DNA from: a bacterium
GTDB taxonomy: Bacteria; Patescibacteriota; Minisyncoccia; UBA6257; 02-FULL-45-10c
Assembly: GCA_030700025.1 (NCBI GenBank)
Contig: JAUYKI010000015.1
Location: 28,623 to 92,622 of the forward strand
DNA length: 64,000 bases
Direction: 5' to 3'
A program made the translations under genes and the position numbers. The notes under the pieces are model-generated. The model was given only the letters and a program-made list of their open reading frames with translations. It had not been told where the DNA came from and made no database searches. Positions 9,630-18,727 of this stretch are shown piece by piece. Positions within the stretch are counted from its first letter, which is position 1, and each line of letters opens with the position of its first letter.

Positions 9630-10181
9630 ATGCAATACAGGGCCTATGCCGAAAACAAGCGCGTAATGGCCCCCAAGCGGCTTACCGATAAAGAATATGC
9701 TGCTGCCATAGCGCGATTCCCGCGAGTTTGCGCCGATATAATTCCGATTAATCGGCGCAACAGAACCATTTATCTTGCCAAACGAAAATTAGGCCATCCT
9801 AACGGTTGGTGGTGGATTGGCGGCGCTTTAAGTGCCGGCGAAAAACCAGAAAGAGCGGCGCAACGAAATTTAAAACGGGAAACTTCTTTAAAGCTCCCCG
9901 TAAAAAGATTTGATAGTTTGCCGAAACTGAATTTCTATATTTGGAATCTGGGAAATCATTCCTCTAAAAATCTGAGCTGTAATGACATCGTTTTTTGTTA
10001 TCTAATTGAACCTTCGGAAAAAGAAATAGCGCGGATGTCCCGGAATCTGGACCAAGCCGAATATGAACAGTCAGCGGCGCTTATAGAATTTTCTAGGGCT
10101 GCCATAAAAAATCAAGCGGGATTTAACGAGCTTGCCCGAAAAATCATTTTAGATATTTATGACGAAGTTTTTCCAAAATAA
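9630..10181 (+). CDS. Nudix-like hydrolase with a degenerate Nudix box (possible nucleotide-sugar hydrolase)
   Basis: GGALSAGEKPERAAQRNLKRETSL approximates Gx5Ex7REUxEExGU, but with RN in place of RE. Degenerate boxes occur in GDP-mannose mannosyl hydrolases; that link is inference. Confidence 0.4.
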   Translation: MQYRAYAENKRVMAPKRLTDKEYAAAIARFPRVCADIIPINRRNRTIYLAKRKLGHPNGWWWIGGALSAGEKPERAAQRNLKRETSLKLPVKRFDSLPKLNFYIWNLGNHSSKNLSCNDIVFCYLIEPSEKEIARMSRNLDQAEYEQSAALIEFSRAAIKNQAGFNELARKIILDIYDEVFPK

Positions 10182-10185
10182 AGGC

Positions 10186-10212
10186 AAAAACGAGCTATAA
10201 GCTCGTTTTTTT
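10186..10212. terminator. Rho-independent terminator hairpin (aaaaacgagcTATAAgctcgttttt) between convergent genes
   Basis: GC stem flanked by A5 and T7 runs. Confidence 0.6.
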
Positions 10213-11218
10213 ATTTCTTGGGATGAGCTCTGTACCATTCAAACGCTCTTTTTAGCCCCTCTTGCAAAGAAACTTGCGGCTGCCAGCCAGTTAACGACTG
10301 TAGCTTAGAAACGTCCGCTAGACGCCTTTTTACGCTTCCCGGGGGCGATTGTTTGATATCCAGCTTCTCCGGATGCCAGCCAGCTATCGCAAATAGTTTT
10401 TCGGCTAATTTCTTCATAGTAATCTCTTCAAAATCGCCGATGTGCACGGTTTCAATCGGCTGGCTATCAGTTTTTACAGAATCCATCAGCATCTGCATTG
10501 CCCGGACCGCGTCTTCTATAAAACAGAAAGTCCGGGTATCGTCGGCGCCGAAAATCGGAAAAGGATCAACCCGCTTAGTAATTCTCTCAACGAATTCCGG
10601 AATCACGTGGTCATAGCCGGCCCTTGGCCCATAAAAATTATGGGGCCGGACAATTAGAGCCCGCAAATTATATTTAGCGGCATAATTAATTACAAAAAGT
10701 TCGCCGACTAATTTAGTGGCCGCGTAAGACCAGCGCGGATTATAAGTGTCTTCAATGACCAAAGGAACTTTCTCCGGCGTCGGAATTGGCAATTGGCCGA
10801 AAGCATTCAAAGCGCCGGCATAAGCTTCATTGGATGATGTAAAGCAAAATTTTCCCTTCGGGCTTTCTTTGCGGAACCATTCCAGCATATAGATCAACGA
10901 TAGCGTATTAATGCGGAGAGTTTCTTGCGGCATTTCATAAAACCACTTGGTGCCATTAACCGCGGCAAGATGATAAACGTGGTCATAATCGCTTCCCAAT
11001 TCTTTATAAGATGCCGGATCGGTTAAATCTAAAGTTAAAAACTTCACCCGCCTATCTTCCAATATTTTTTTAAAATCCGTGTCCATTTTTCCCCGCTGGA
11101 GATTATCAACCAAAACTAGTTCAACATCTTTTTCTGTATCCAAAATATGCTTGGATAAAAAGTATCCAATAAATCCCGCGCCGCCGGTAATAAGAATTTT
11201 CTTTATTTTTCCAGCCAT
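10211..11218 (-). CDS. NAD-dependent epimerase/dehydratase family protein
   Basis: KILITGGAGFIGYFL Rossmann motif; SDR-extended family. Confidence 0.8.
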   Translation of the reverse strand: MAGKIKKILITGGAGFIGYFLSKHILDTEKDVELVLVDNLQRGKMDTDFKKILEDRRVKFLTLDLTDPASYKELGSDYDHVYHLAAVNGTKWFYEMPQETLRINTLSLIYMLEWFRKESPKGKFCFTSSNEAYAGALNAFGQLPIPTPEKVPLVIEDTYNPRWSYAATKLVGELFVINYAAKYNLRALIVRPHNFYGPRAGYDHVIPEFVERITKRVDPFPIFGADDTRTFCFIEDAVRAMQMLMDSVKTDSQPIETVHIGDFEEITMKKLAEKLFAIAGWHPEKLDIKQSPPGSVKRRLADVSKLQSLTGWQPQVSLQEGLKRAFEWYRAHPKK

Positions 11219-12840
11219 ACCCAAAAACTTTTAGAGTCTTCCGCCTGGTGATTTAAAAACTTAAAACCGATTTTTTCTGACAGCGCTTTTGCTTCTGCTG
11301 GAGTTGTTGAAATTCCATACGCCCAATGCCATTTATATAAACCTCGGCCAGCGCGCAAATGAAGCTTAGCAATTCCGCCCGGCTTTAAAGTGCGATAAAT
11401 TTCTTGTAGCTTATCCGCCAAAATTTCCTTAGTCGGCAAATGCTGGAGGGTTTGATAAGAAAACGCGAGATCAAAGGAATTCGGCACCGCTTCAATCGTT
11501 TTTCCGTCAGTTAATCTAAATTCTACTTTTAGGGAGTCAATTAAACGTTTTTTAGCGCTATTCAACATTTCCGCGGAGATATCCGTCGCCACTACCTGAT
11601 TAAAGTGCCGCGGGAAAAATTCCGTCATCCGGCCAATGCCACAACCGATTTCCAGGGCTTGGGATTTATCGGCGCCCTCAACAATGTGCGCGATCAGCGA
11701 ATCTCCGGCAATATATTTTTCATAATCCGACTGGCCGGATTCCCGAATATCAAATTCATTAACATCCGTTCCTTTCGGGTGCTTGGTATTTACAAAATAG
11801 CGGGCATTTTTCTTGGCCTTGCTGTCCCAAATTGCCCCGACTTGCTCCAGGGACCGATCCGGAATTAGCCTGGCCATAACAGCGGTAACAAACCTTAATT
11901 GGCGCCTGGATGCCCTAATCCAGCGCCACGAATTAATTTTTTGCCACACAAAAGACGCGAAACCCAGATTCATAATCATTTTCCGGTCGTCGTCCCAGCT
12001 GGAAAACCATTCCGGCAAATGGCTGTAATTCCGCTCTTTTTTCTTGTGCAATTCGTTGCTTCGAAATGCCGCTTTCAGCAAATGAATATCTTTATTTTCC
12101 GCGTGAGCGGTATAAAAAGCCAAAAGATCTTTCGGCAAACAATGTCCGCCAAAAGATTTTCCATAACGGAGATAGTTCTTTTTTTCGAAAACAAAATCAA
12201 TTACCTGTTCAATTTCCAGCATAGATCGCCGATCGGTCGGTTCCTGGATCAGATTTCCAAATTCATTGATAAAGGCAATCCGCACCGCGTTCCAAATATT
12301 GGATAAGTATTTTATATGCGACGCCTGTTCTGGCGTTCCCCTGAAAACTTTCTTAGCGCGCAATTGCCAAGCCGAAAGAAAGCTCGGCTCCTTTCTGCCG
12401 GCATTGCGGCGCCCCACGACAAAATAATGAGGATCTAAGCATTCTTCCACGGCATGTTTTTCGTGTAAAAATTCCGGAACGTAGAAATGAAAATCCAAAC
12501 TGCCCAAATGCTTCGGTAAAACGGTGGATCGCAATATCACTCCTCCCTGGGCCGATTTTAAGCCAGCCATAGCTTTTTTAATCAAAGACAAATCTTGAGT
12601 CCCGTCCGGCTGAACCCGGTCGCCCACGCAGATAACATACCAAGTATTGGCGCTATCTTCGGCCAATAATTCTTTCAGCGGCAGAATTTTTTTATATAAA
12701 TCTTCGTGGCTATCCGCATAGCGAAAAACTGGCGGCGCAATGTCGTAGTAAAAAACCGGGTATCCCATTTGAGCCAGCGATAAACCGTTGGCCTGTCCTA
12801 CCCAGCCATATCCTAAAATAACCACCTTTTCTTTATTCAT
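11203..12840 (-). CDS. Fusion protein: UDP-glucose/GDP-mannose dehydrogenase-like N-terminal and central domains (catalytic GGHCLPKD) fused to a C-terminal class I SAM-dependent methyltransferase domain
   Basis: VVILGYGWVGQANG NAD-binding motif; IAFINEFGNL...FGGHCLPKD dehydrogenase catalytic region; then LEIGCGIGRMT...LKPGGI methyltransferase motifs. The C-terminal UDP-binding domain of canonical UDP-glucose dehydrogenase is absent. Confidence 0.6.
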   Translation of the reverse strand: MNKEKVVILGYGWVGQANGLSLAQMGYPVFYYDIAPPVFRYADSHEDLYKKILPLKELLAEDSANTWYVICVGDRVQPDGTQDLSLIKKAMAGLKSAQGGVILRSTVLPKHLGSLDFHFYVPEFLHEKHAVEECLDPHYFVVGRRNAGRKEPSFLSAWQLRAKKVFRGTPEQASHIKYLSNIWNAVRIAFINEFGNLIQEPTDRRSMLEIEQVIDFVFEKKNYLRYGKSFGGHCLPKDLLAFYTAHAENKDIHLLKAAFRSNELHKKKERNYSHLPEWFSSWDDDRKMIMNLGFASFVWQKINSWRWIRASRRQLRFVTAVMARLIPDRSLEQVGAIWDSKAKKNARYFVNTKHPKGTDVNEFDIRESGQSDYEKYIAGDSLIAHIVEGADKSQALEIGCGIGRMTEFFPRHFNQVVATDISAEMLNSAKKRLIDSLKVEFRLTDGKTIEAVPNSFDLAFSYQTLQHLPTKEILADKLQEIYRTLKPGGIAKLHLRAGRGLYKWHWAYGISTTPAEAKALSEKIGFKFLNHQAEDSKSFWVWLEK

Positions 12841-12905
12841 AGATTTGGAACCTATCAAGTATAAAACCCGTGATTAAAAATTAAAGTTTCTTTAAAAAAA
12901 GCGGG

Positions 12906-14627
12906 TTAGAAAGCGGAGTAAATAACTAGATTGTCTTGGTCATAAATTTTCTTGGAAAAAAATCGGTCCATATTCCAAGAAGGATCCTGGACTCTGTTCC
13001 AAATAACGTAATCAAGGCGGTATTTTTTCAATTCGCTCGCAAAATCTTTCTTAAGAAAATCTTGATATTCCAAAATCAACCCGTCCAAAAGAGAATCGGG
13101 AAAGCATCCGTAACAACCCCCGGTTTTCCGGTAATAATGCCCGAAGAAATGATTGCCGATATCGCCCCGGTGGCTGTAAAAATATTCTCGGGCATTGTTT
13201 TGATTAGCGCCGTCTAAAAAGAAATAGATAAAGTAAGAATCTTTGAGCCGGCGGGGGTCGGCCAAATAATTGGTTATCTTATTAGTAAAATAAACATTAT
13301 GGCTGGTATAAACTGACAATAGGTCCGCAAGGTCTTCGTTGGCAAAAACCACGCTCTCGGCCGGCGCGTTCTTTTGAAACCAGGAGAGCGCCGGGCGATA
13401 GCGCTGCAGGCCTGCCCAATAATCCCTTCCGACCGAATAAGAATCCTTTTGAAACAAAAAACCGGAATAAATAAAAATTAACAAAATTATTACCGCGGTT
13501 ATTTTAGAAATGATCGCGGCTCCCAGCCTCTCTAAGTTTAATAAAAATAAATAAATAAGAAGCGCCCCGCCAAGTGGAGCCACAAAATACCAATGATAAT
13601 GCGAAGGCACGGGGGCAGTCCTGCCGGTAATTAACTGCTGATTGGTAACGAAAAATCCGGCGATCCATAGGGGCAATACGAAAGCCCGAAAATTATCAGG
13701 CAAACGGCGATAAAACACCAATAAAAGCAAAAAAACGCCCCACCAAACCCGGCTAAAAATAAATTGGCGATTATATAAAACTCCCTGAATAGAAGCGAGA
13801 TTTTCATATAACGGGGATTGCAAGAATTCTGCCAAGCTCAAAAAATACGGAATTCCAATTATAACCGCTAGGCCGACAACGATTAAAATTTTCTTAATTT
13901 GTTTTCGGTCTTTTTTATATAAAAACCATAAAAATAAGATTCCGGTAAAAGCCAGCAAAAATGAATAACTAAAGAAATAAGTATAAAATGACAGTCCCAA
14001 AATTAATCCGGAGCCAATCCCTAAAAAGATTTTCTTTTTACTGGAAAATTCTTCAAATAAAAACTTCCAGAGGCAGAGCAAATATCCGAAAAAGAAAAAG
14101 GAGCTGACTTGCGGATTAATCGGCCGGGCATAATTCAGAAAACCGGGATCCGTACCCGGAAATTCTCCACGCAACAGAATAGATGCCCAGGAGCCGGGAT
14201 TTAAAAACGCCCAGGTGGCTTGCGTCAGCATAATAAAAACCGCCATTACCAGCGCCCAATCTTTTCTCTTGGTGATAGCTTCAAAAAATAAATAGATAAC
14301 AATAGTTAAGAAAAATGGCAGGACAAATTTTGTCAGTAAATTAACGCCGATTGCAGAAATTCCCAAAATTTTTCCGAACATCCCAACCAAAAACGGAGAT
14401 AAAAACTGCAAAGGGTACGGGGCGCCTTTTTGATCCGCCCAATACAGATTTCCGGAAAACCAATGCCCGTCATACACTTCTTGAATTTGAGCTAAATAAT
14501 CATCTTCGGCGTCCGAGCCAAAAAATTCTATTCCCTGATAAGCCGGGTCAAAATAATGGAAATAAAGCGCCGGACCGGCTATCAAAGCGCCTATTATAAA
14601 AGCAATTATAATAATCCAATATTTCAT
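12906..14627 (-). CDS. Polytopic membrane protein with a large C-terminal soluble domain (putative glycan-processing or GT-C-like enzyme)
   Basis: Multiple hydrophobic helices. The start was moved to MKYWIII (ATG at 14627). Confidence 0.4.
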   Translation of the reverse strand: MKYWIIIIAFIIGALIAGPALYFHYFDPAYQGIEFFGSDAEDDYLAQIQEVYDGHWFSGNLYWADQKGAPYPLQFLSPFLVGMFGKILGISAIGVNLLTKFVLPFFLTIVIYLFFEAITKRKDWALVMAVFIMLTQATWAFLNPGSWASILLRGEFPGTDPGFLNYARPINPQVSSFFFFGYLLCLWKFLFEEFSSKKKIFLGIGSGLILGLSFYTYFFSYSFLLAFTGILFLWFLYKKDRKQIKKILIVVGLAVIIGIPYFLSLAEFLQSPLYENLASIQGVLYNRQFIFSRVWWGVFLLLLVFYRRLPDNFRAFVLPLWIAGFFVTNQQLITGRTAPVPSHYHWYFVAPLGGALLIYLFLLNLERLGAAIISKITAVIILLIFIYSGFLFQKDSYSVGRDYWAGLQRYRPALSWFQKNAPAESVVFANEDLADLLSVYTSHNVYFTNKITNYLADPRRLKDSYFIYFFLDGANQNNAREYFYSHRGDIGNHFFGHYYRKTGGCYGCFPDSLLDGLILEYQDFLKKDFASELKKYRLDYVIWNRVQDPSWNMDRFFSKKIYDQDNLVIYSAF

Positions 14628-14628
14628 A

Positions 14629-15264
14629 TTATTTTGATGTTCGTTTCTCGCAAACATAAGTCACGTGGGAAAAAGGAGTGCCCTGATGAGATTTTTGATA
14701 CTGAATATTGAATTGGAGGGTCTTTAAAAAACTCAAAAGTTCCGCGGGAAAGCGATAATAAATTCGGTCGCCCGGATACAAAAGATGATCTGCCATCTGA
14801 GTCAAAATAAATTTCCACCAAGGATACCGGTCAATTTCGCAAATAATTAACTTCCCGCCCTCCTTTAATTTATCATAACAGGCGCGGATCAAAACCTCCT
14901 GCTCGGAATAAGAATTTAAATGATGCAAAACATGAATTAACAAAATACAATCGGCACTTGGTATTTGGGCCCTTGTGATATCAGCGGCCTGAAAATGAAC
15001 GTTGCCCAATCCCCGATCGGCATATTTTATCTTGGACATATCCAGTTCAAGCCCCAAAATCTCCCGCTGAGAAGATAATAACGCCAAAAGATTGGAAAAA
15101 ATTCCATAACCGCAGCCTAAATCAATAATAAATCCGTCCCGCGGCACATCCGCCTCCAGCTTCCGGTAAGGAGCGGTAAAAAACCGAATTTTAATAAAAA
15201 GGCTGGGCCATCCTAATCCTTTATATTTTTTTTTGATTTCCCGTACCGCTGAAGAATAATCCAT
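14629..15264 (-). CDS. Class I SAM-dependent methyltransferase
   Basis: IIDLGCGYGIFS motif I and LKEGGKLII motif. Confidence 0.7.
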   Translation of the reverse strand: MDYSSAVREIKKKYKGLGWPSLFIKIRFFTAPYRKLEADVPRDGFIIDLGCGYGIFSNLLALLSSQREILGLELDMSKIKYADRGLGNVHFQAADITRAQIPSADCILLIHVLHHLNSYSEQEVLIRACYDKLKEGGKLIICEIDRYPWWKFILTQMADHLLYPGDRIYYRFPAELLSFLKTLQFNIQYQKSHQGTPFSHVTYVCEKRTSK

Positions 15265-15995
15265 TATTTTTTACGATATTTGCCCCTTAAGTTCCTAACG
15301 GTAAGATTCCACATTCCCAAAAGAGTCCGGAAAGAATCCTTCAAAATAAAAACTTTAGACCGGCGATCATCCTCCCAGGAAATGGGGGCTTCTTTAATCT
15401 TATATCCAAATTTATGGGCTACATAAATTACTTCTCCCGCGGCAAGATATTTATCGTCATAGACATAATGAAAAATGTCCTTGGCTACTTTTTGCCGGAA
15501 CATTTTAAAACCGCACATAACATCCTTAAACTTCACTCCGAATAAAAATCCGAAAATAATATGAAAAACTTTCCCGGCAAAAACTCTAAGGGGCGGCTGG
15601 CCCAAAACGAAAATCGAACCCGGGAGTTCCCGCGAGCCCATGATTAAACCGACGTCCGGATTGGCAGCTAAAAAATCGATGAATTTATCAATATATTCCG
15701 GGCTAACCGGCAAATCAGCGTCAGTCTCTAAAACATATTCGCCCGAAGCCGCCAAAACGCCGGCGCGCATCCCAAAACCCCGTCCCCGATTTACTGTATT
15801 ATGGATAATTTTAACTCTGGAATTAACAGTGGCTAAAGAATCTAAAAATTTCAAAGTGCCATCCGTGCTTCCGTCATCCACAAAAATTAATTCATAATCC
15901 GGCAAATGTTTTTCCAGATATTCCAAATAGGGCGCCAATTTAACCGGCAAACGCCCCTCTTCGTTGTAAACCGGAATGGCAATCGAAAGTTTCAT
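15264..15995 (-). CDS. GT2 family glycosyltransferase (Dpm1-like)
   Basis: SIAIPVYNEE...[10 protein letters not shown]...DADL motifs. The stop/start overlaps the downstream methyltransferase. Confidence 0.75.
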   Translation of the reverse strand: MKLSIAIPVYNEEGRLPVKLAPYLEYLEKHLPDYELIFVDDGSTDGTLKFLDSLATVNSRVKIIHNTVNRGRGFGMRAGVLAASGEYVLETDADLPVSPEYIDKFIDFLAANPDVGLIMGSRELPGSIFVLGQPPLRVFAGKVFHIIFGFLFGVKFKDVMCGFKMFRQKVAKDIFHYVYDDKYLAAGEVIYVAHKFGYKIKEAPISWEDDRRSKVFILKDSFRTLLGMWNLTVRNLRGKYRKK

Positions 15996-16016
15996 AACTT
16001 AAAAAGTGGTTTAAAA

Positions 16017-17726
16017 TTAACGCTGACGCTTTTTAACAATGTAAGAATCGTCTTCAAAAACTATTTCACCGGGCACTTGTTTATAAATAAGATCTTTATC
16101 TTTCTGGTAATACACCAGGTAATCCACATGGTATTTCTCCAAATAATGATTAAATTCAACCGGGTCCGGATTAAGCCGTTTGGCGCGAATCGGCCCGAAA
16201 TCATATGGGGTATATTCCAGCAGGGTAGCGGGCGTAAAATCCCGGCCTAAAATCTTGGCTTTAATTTTATTTATAACATTATCTTTTTGCAATGCGGAAT
16301 TAAAAGCTTGGCCGAAAACCCGCGTCTGCTGTTGCTCAAGATTATCAGTAATATATTGATAAGTAACGTCCCAATAAATATAGCGGTCTAGCAATTCTTC
16401 CGTCGGCATCAGTTGCAATTCTTGGCTCGGATGAAAATATAAATAATTATTCGTTAATAAATTAATGTCGTTTCCCAGATCCTTCGGGGCATACACCACT
16501 TTATCGCGAATTTGATTCGCCAAAAACCAGTCCACGACCGCATCCGCCCGGCCGCCGACATAAGTTTCTGCGGTGGCCGGATTGTTTATTTGCGGATCGC
16601 TGATAATTAAATAAGCCTTATTAGCTGCCATCCCAACCGCTACTAAAATAAAAATGGCGGTGGCGATTTTTTTATAGGAGCCGAAATAATTGCTTACGAT
16701 AAAAACTATACCGCCCCAAAAAGCAACAAAAAAGAACAAAAGGGTGGGCAAATAATGCGAATTAAATTCTAGCTGCATTCCGGTAATTATCTGCTGATTA
16801 AGAACCATTAGTCCGGCAACCAGCCCCATGGCAATCTTATCTAAAGTCCCTTCGGTAACTGCCTTCATATCTAGTTTCGGAAAAATATATTTTCGTAATA
16901 CAAAAAAGGCTATTAATGAAGCAATTAAAAAGGCCTGAGTATATAAACCGGCCGGCCAACGGCTATATAAAGCGCCGATCCGAACCATGCTTTCTTTGTA
17001 ATAAGCTAACTGGCTGATCTGCAACAGGTGGATAACATACCAGGAAGCCACGCCGGCAATAATTAAATATTTATACAAGTATTTCCAAATAATTTTTCTT
17101 GCCTGCCAAAACATCCAGCAATCGCTGGCCGCTAAAAGCGCCAAGGCGAAAGTCCAATAATATGGATAAACATAAAATAGCGATCCGGCCAAAACAGCCA
17201 ATCCGATTTCTCGTTTCCAAAATTTTAAATTCGAAAAATAAAAAATAAAAAATAATGCTAATGGAATAAAGTTTATCTCGGGGCTCAAGGTTCGGCCCCA
17301 ATCCAGCCGAGGAATAAAAATATAGGCGGCAGCGGCTAAATAACCGAAATAATGAAAATTAAAAATTACCAAAAACGCGTTTATTAAAAGCGCCATAATT
17401 ACAAAGACCGCCAAATAGCCGGTGATTAAGGCGTAAAATTTTACATCCAGTCCCAATGCGCTTTTAAATAGCCCGGCGGCATGAATGTTTAAAGCCGGAT
17501 ACAAATACGGCTGATAACGCCACTCGGAAAGATACGGGCTGCCCAATTGCCAATTGCCCTTAGAGCTCTCATTAATCAATGATAGATAATAATTAAATCC
17601 GCTGACCTGCTTGGTATTCAAATAATTATCAAAAACAATAGCCTGGGTAAGGTCAAGCTGAATTATGACCGTAAACAAAAGGCTTAAAATCAATATAGTA
17701 TAAATGGATTTTGTTGGGGGGGGCAT
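16017..17726 (-). CDS. Polytopic membrane protein with a C-terminal extracytoplasmic domain (putative GT-C-like glycosyltransferase)
   Basis: About 12 hydrophobic helices plus a C-terminal domain of about 170 aa. A C8 tract lies at codons 2–4 (MPPPT). Confidence 0.45.
   Translation of the reverse strand: MPPPTKSIYTILILSLLFTVIIQLDLTQAIVFDNYLNTKQVSGFNYYLSLINESSKGNWQLGSPYLSEWRYQPYLYPALNIHAAGLFKSALGLDVKFYALITGYLAVFVIMALLINAFLVIFNFHYFGYLAAAAYIFIPRLDWGRTLSPEINFIPLALFFIFYFSNLKFWKREIGLAVLAGSLFYVYPYYWTFALALLAASDCWMFWQARKIIWKYLYKYLIIAGVASWYVIHLLQISQLAYYKESMVRIGALYSRWPAGLYTQAFLIASLIAFFVLRKYIFPKLDMKAVTEGTLDKIAMGLVAGLMVLNQQIITGMQLEFNSHYLPTLLFFFVAFWGGIVFIVSNYFGSYKKIATAIFILVAVGMAANKAYLIISDPQINNPATAETYVGGRADAVVDWFLANQIRDKVVYAPKDLGNDINLLTNNYLYFHPSQELQLMPTEELLDRYIYWDVTYQYITDNLEQQQTRVFGQAFNSALQKDNVINKIKAKILGRDFTPATLLEYTPYDFGPIRAKRLNPDPVEFNHYLEKYHVDYLVYYQKDKDLIYKQVPGEIVFEDDSYIVKKRQR
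17716..17723. repeat. Homopolymeric G8 (C8 on the coding strand) tract at codons 2–4 of the membrane protein gene
   Basis: Counted directly: gttGGGGGGGGcat. Confidence 0.9.
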
Positions 17727-17849
17727 AATTTTAATTAACCTAATTACTCTAATTAACCTAATGAATGTCTAATTTCTAATGACTAAAATTTAGGCATTGG
17801 TCATTGGGATTTGATTAAAATAATTAGAAATTAGGTTAATTAGAATAAT
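17727..17849. promoter_or_regulatory. AT-rich intergenic region with three copies of a 13-mer (TAATTAACCTAAT twice direct at 17732 and 17750, once inverted at 17830) and many CTAAT repeats
   Basis: Read directly. The region lies upstream of the 16017..17726 gene start. It resembles regulator binding sites but no specific site is recognised. Confidence 0.3.
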
Positions 17850-18719
17850 TTAATTTGCTTGTTTTCTAGCTAATATTAGCATATTATCCCCCAAATAAAG
17901 CTTCAGAGCAAAGGTGCCCAGCGCGGGAAATCGTTCTAAAAATAACGTAATCCACCGCCAAATAAAAATTCGTTGATACCGATAAAGAAAATTGAATATA
18001 TACTGCAAAGAAAAGGTCTTATGAATAGTCCGTATTTCTAAAATATCAAATTTATTATTCTCTAAAAATAATTTAATATTGCGATTATTAAAATAACTGA
18101 TATGTTCCGGCGGCAGCCAGGTATGCCACTTTGTTCCGAAAATCCTTGCCCACCAGCTAGCGGTATTAACCGTAATAATCGCCAAAGTGCCGTTAGCCGC
18201 CAGAAGCTTACGGATCGCTCCGGCATTATCAGCCAACTTATCTTGGGGAAGGTGTTCAAAAAAATCAAAGGCGGTAATAACGTCAAAAGACTCCGGCGAA
18301 AAACTGGCGCTTAGCAAATCACCCTGGGTTATTTTTCTCCCGCGAAAGCGCCCCTCTTCTACTGAAGAAGCGTTTAAATCTATTCCTTCAGCTAAATAAC
18401 CGCTCCGGGCAGCAACGTCTAAAAAATAACCGTTGGCAGTGCCAAGATCCAGCAATCGCCGGCCCAAATTATGCGATTGAATTTTTTTTAATAAATTTGT
18501 ATATACCGAAAACATCGGGGCCTTGTCGGCTTCATAATCCACATATCCCCGCCCCTCATTATCGTGAAGGTAAATCGGATTATTATAATAATCCGCTAAA
18601 TTAATATGGGCGGTGTCCACAAAAATAAACCCGCAATTCGGACATTTAAAAAATAAAAAAATCTCTTTACTGAACGAGGCAGGGCAATTTTGGTTTCCGC
18701 AAATGGAACAGGTTTTCAT
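17850..18719 (-). CDS. Class I SAM-dependent methyltransferase with an N-terminal Cys4 zinc ribbon
   Basis: CSICGNQNC...CPNCG, then LLDLGTANGYF and a DV.T motif. Confidence 0.65.
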   Translation of the reverse strand: MKTCSICGNQNCPASFSKEIFLFFKCPNCGFIFVDTAHINLADYYNNPIYLHDNEGRGYVDYEADKAPMFSVYTNLLKKIQSHNLGRRLLDLGTANGYFLDVAARSGYLAEGIDLNASSVEEGRFRGRKITQGDLLSASFSPESFDVITAFDFFEHLPQDKLADNAGAIRKLLAANGTLAIITVNTASWWARIFGTKWHTWLPPEHISYFNNRNIKLFLENNKFDILEIRTIHKTFSLQYIFNFLYRYQRIFIWRWITLFLERFPALGTFALKLYLGDNMLILARKQAN

Positions 18720-18727
18720 ATGAAGCC

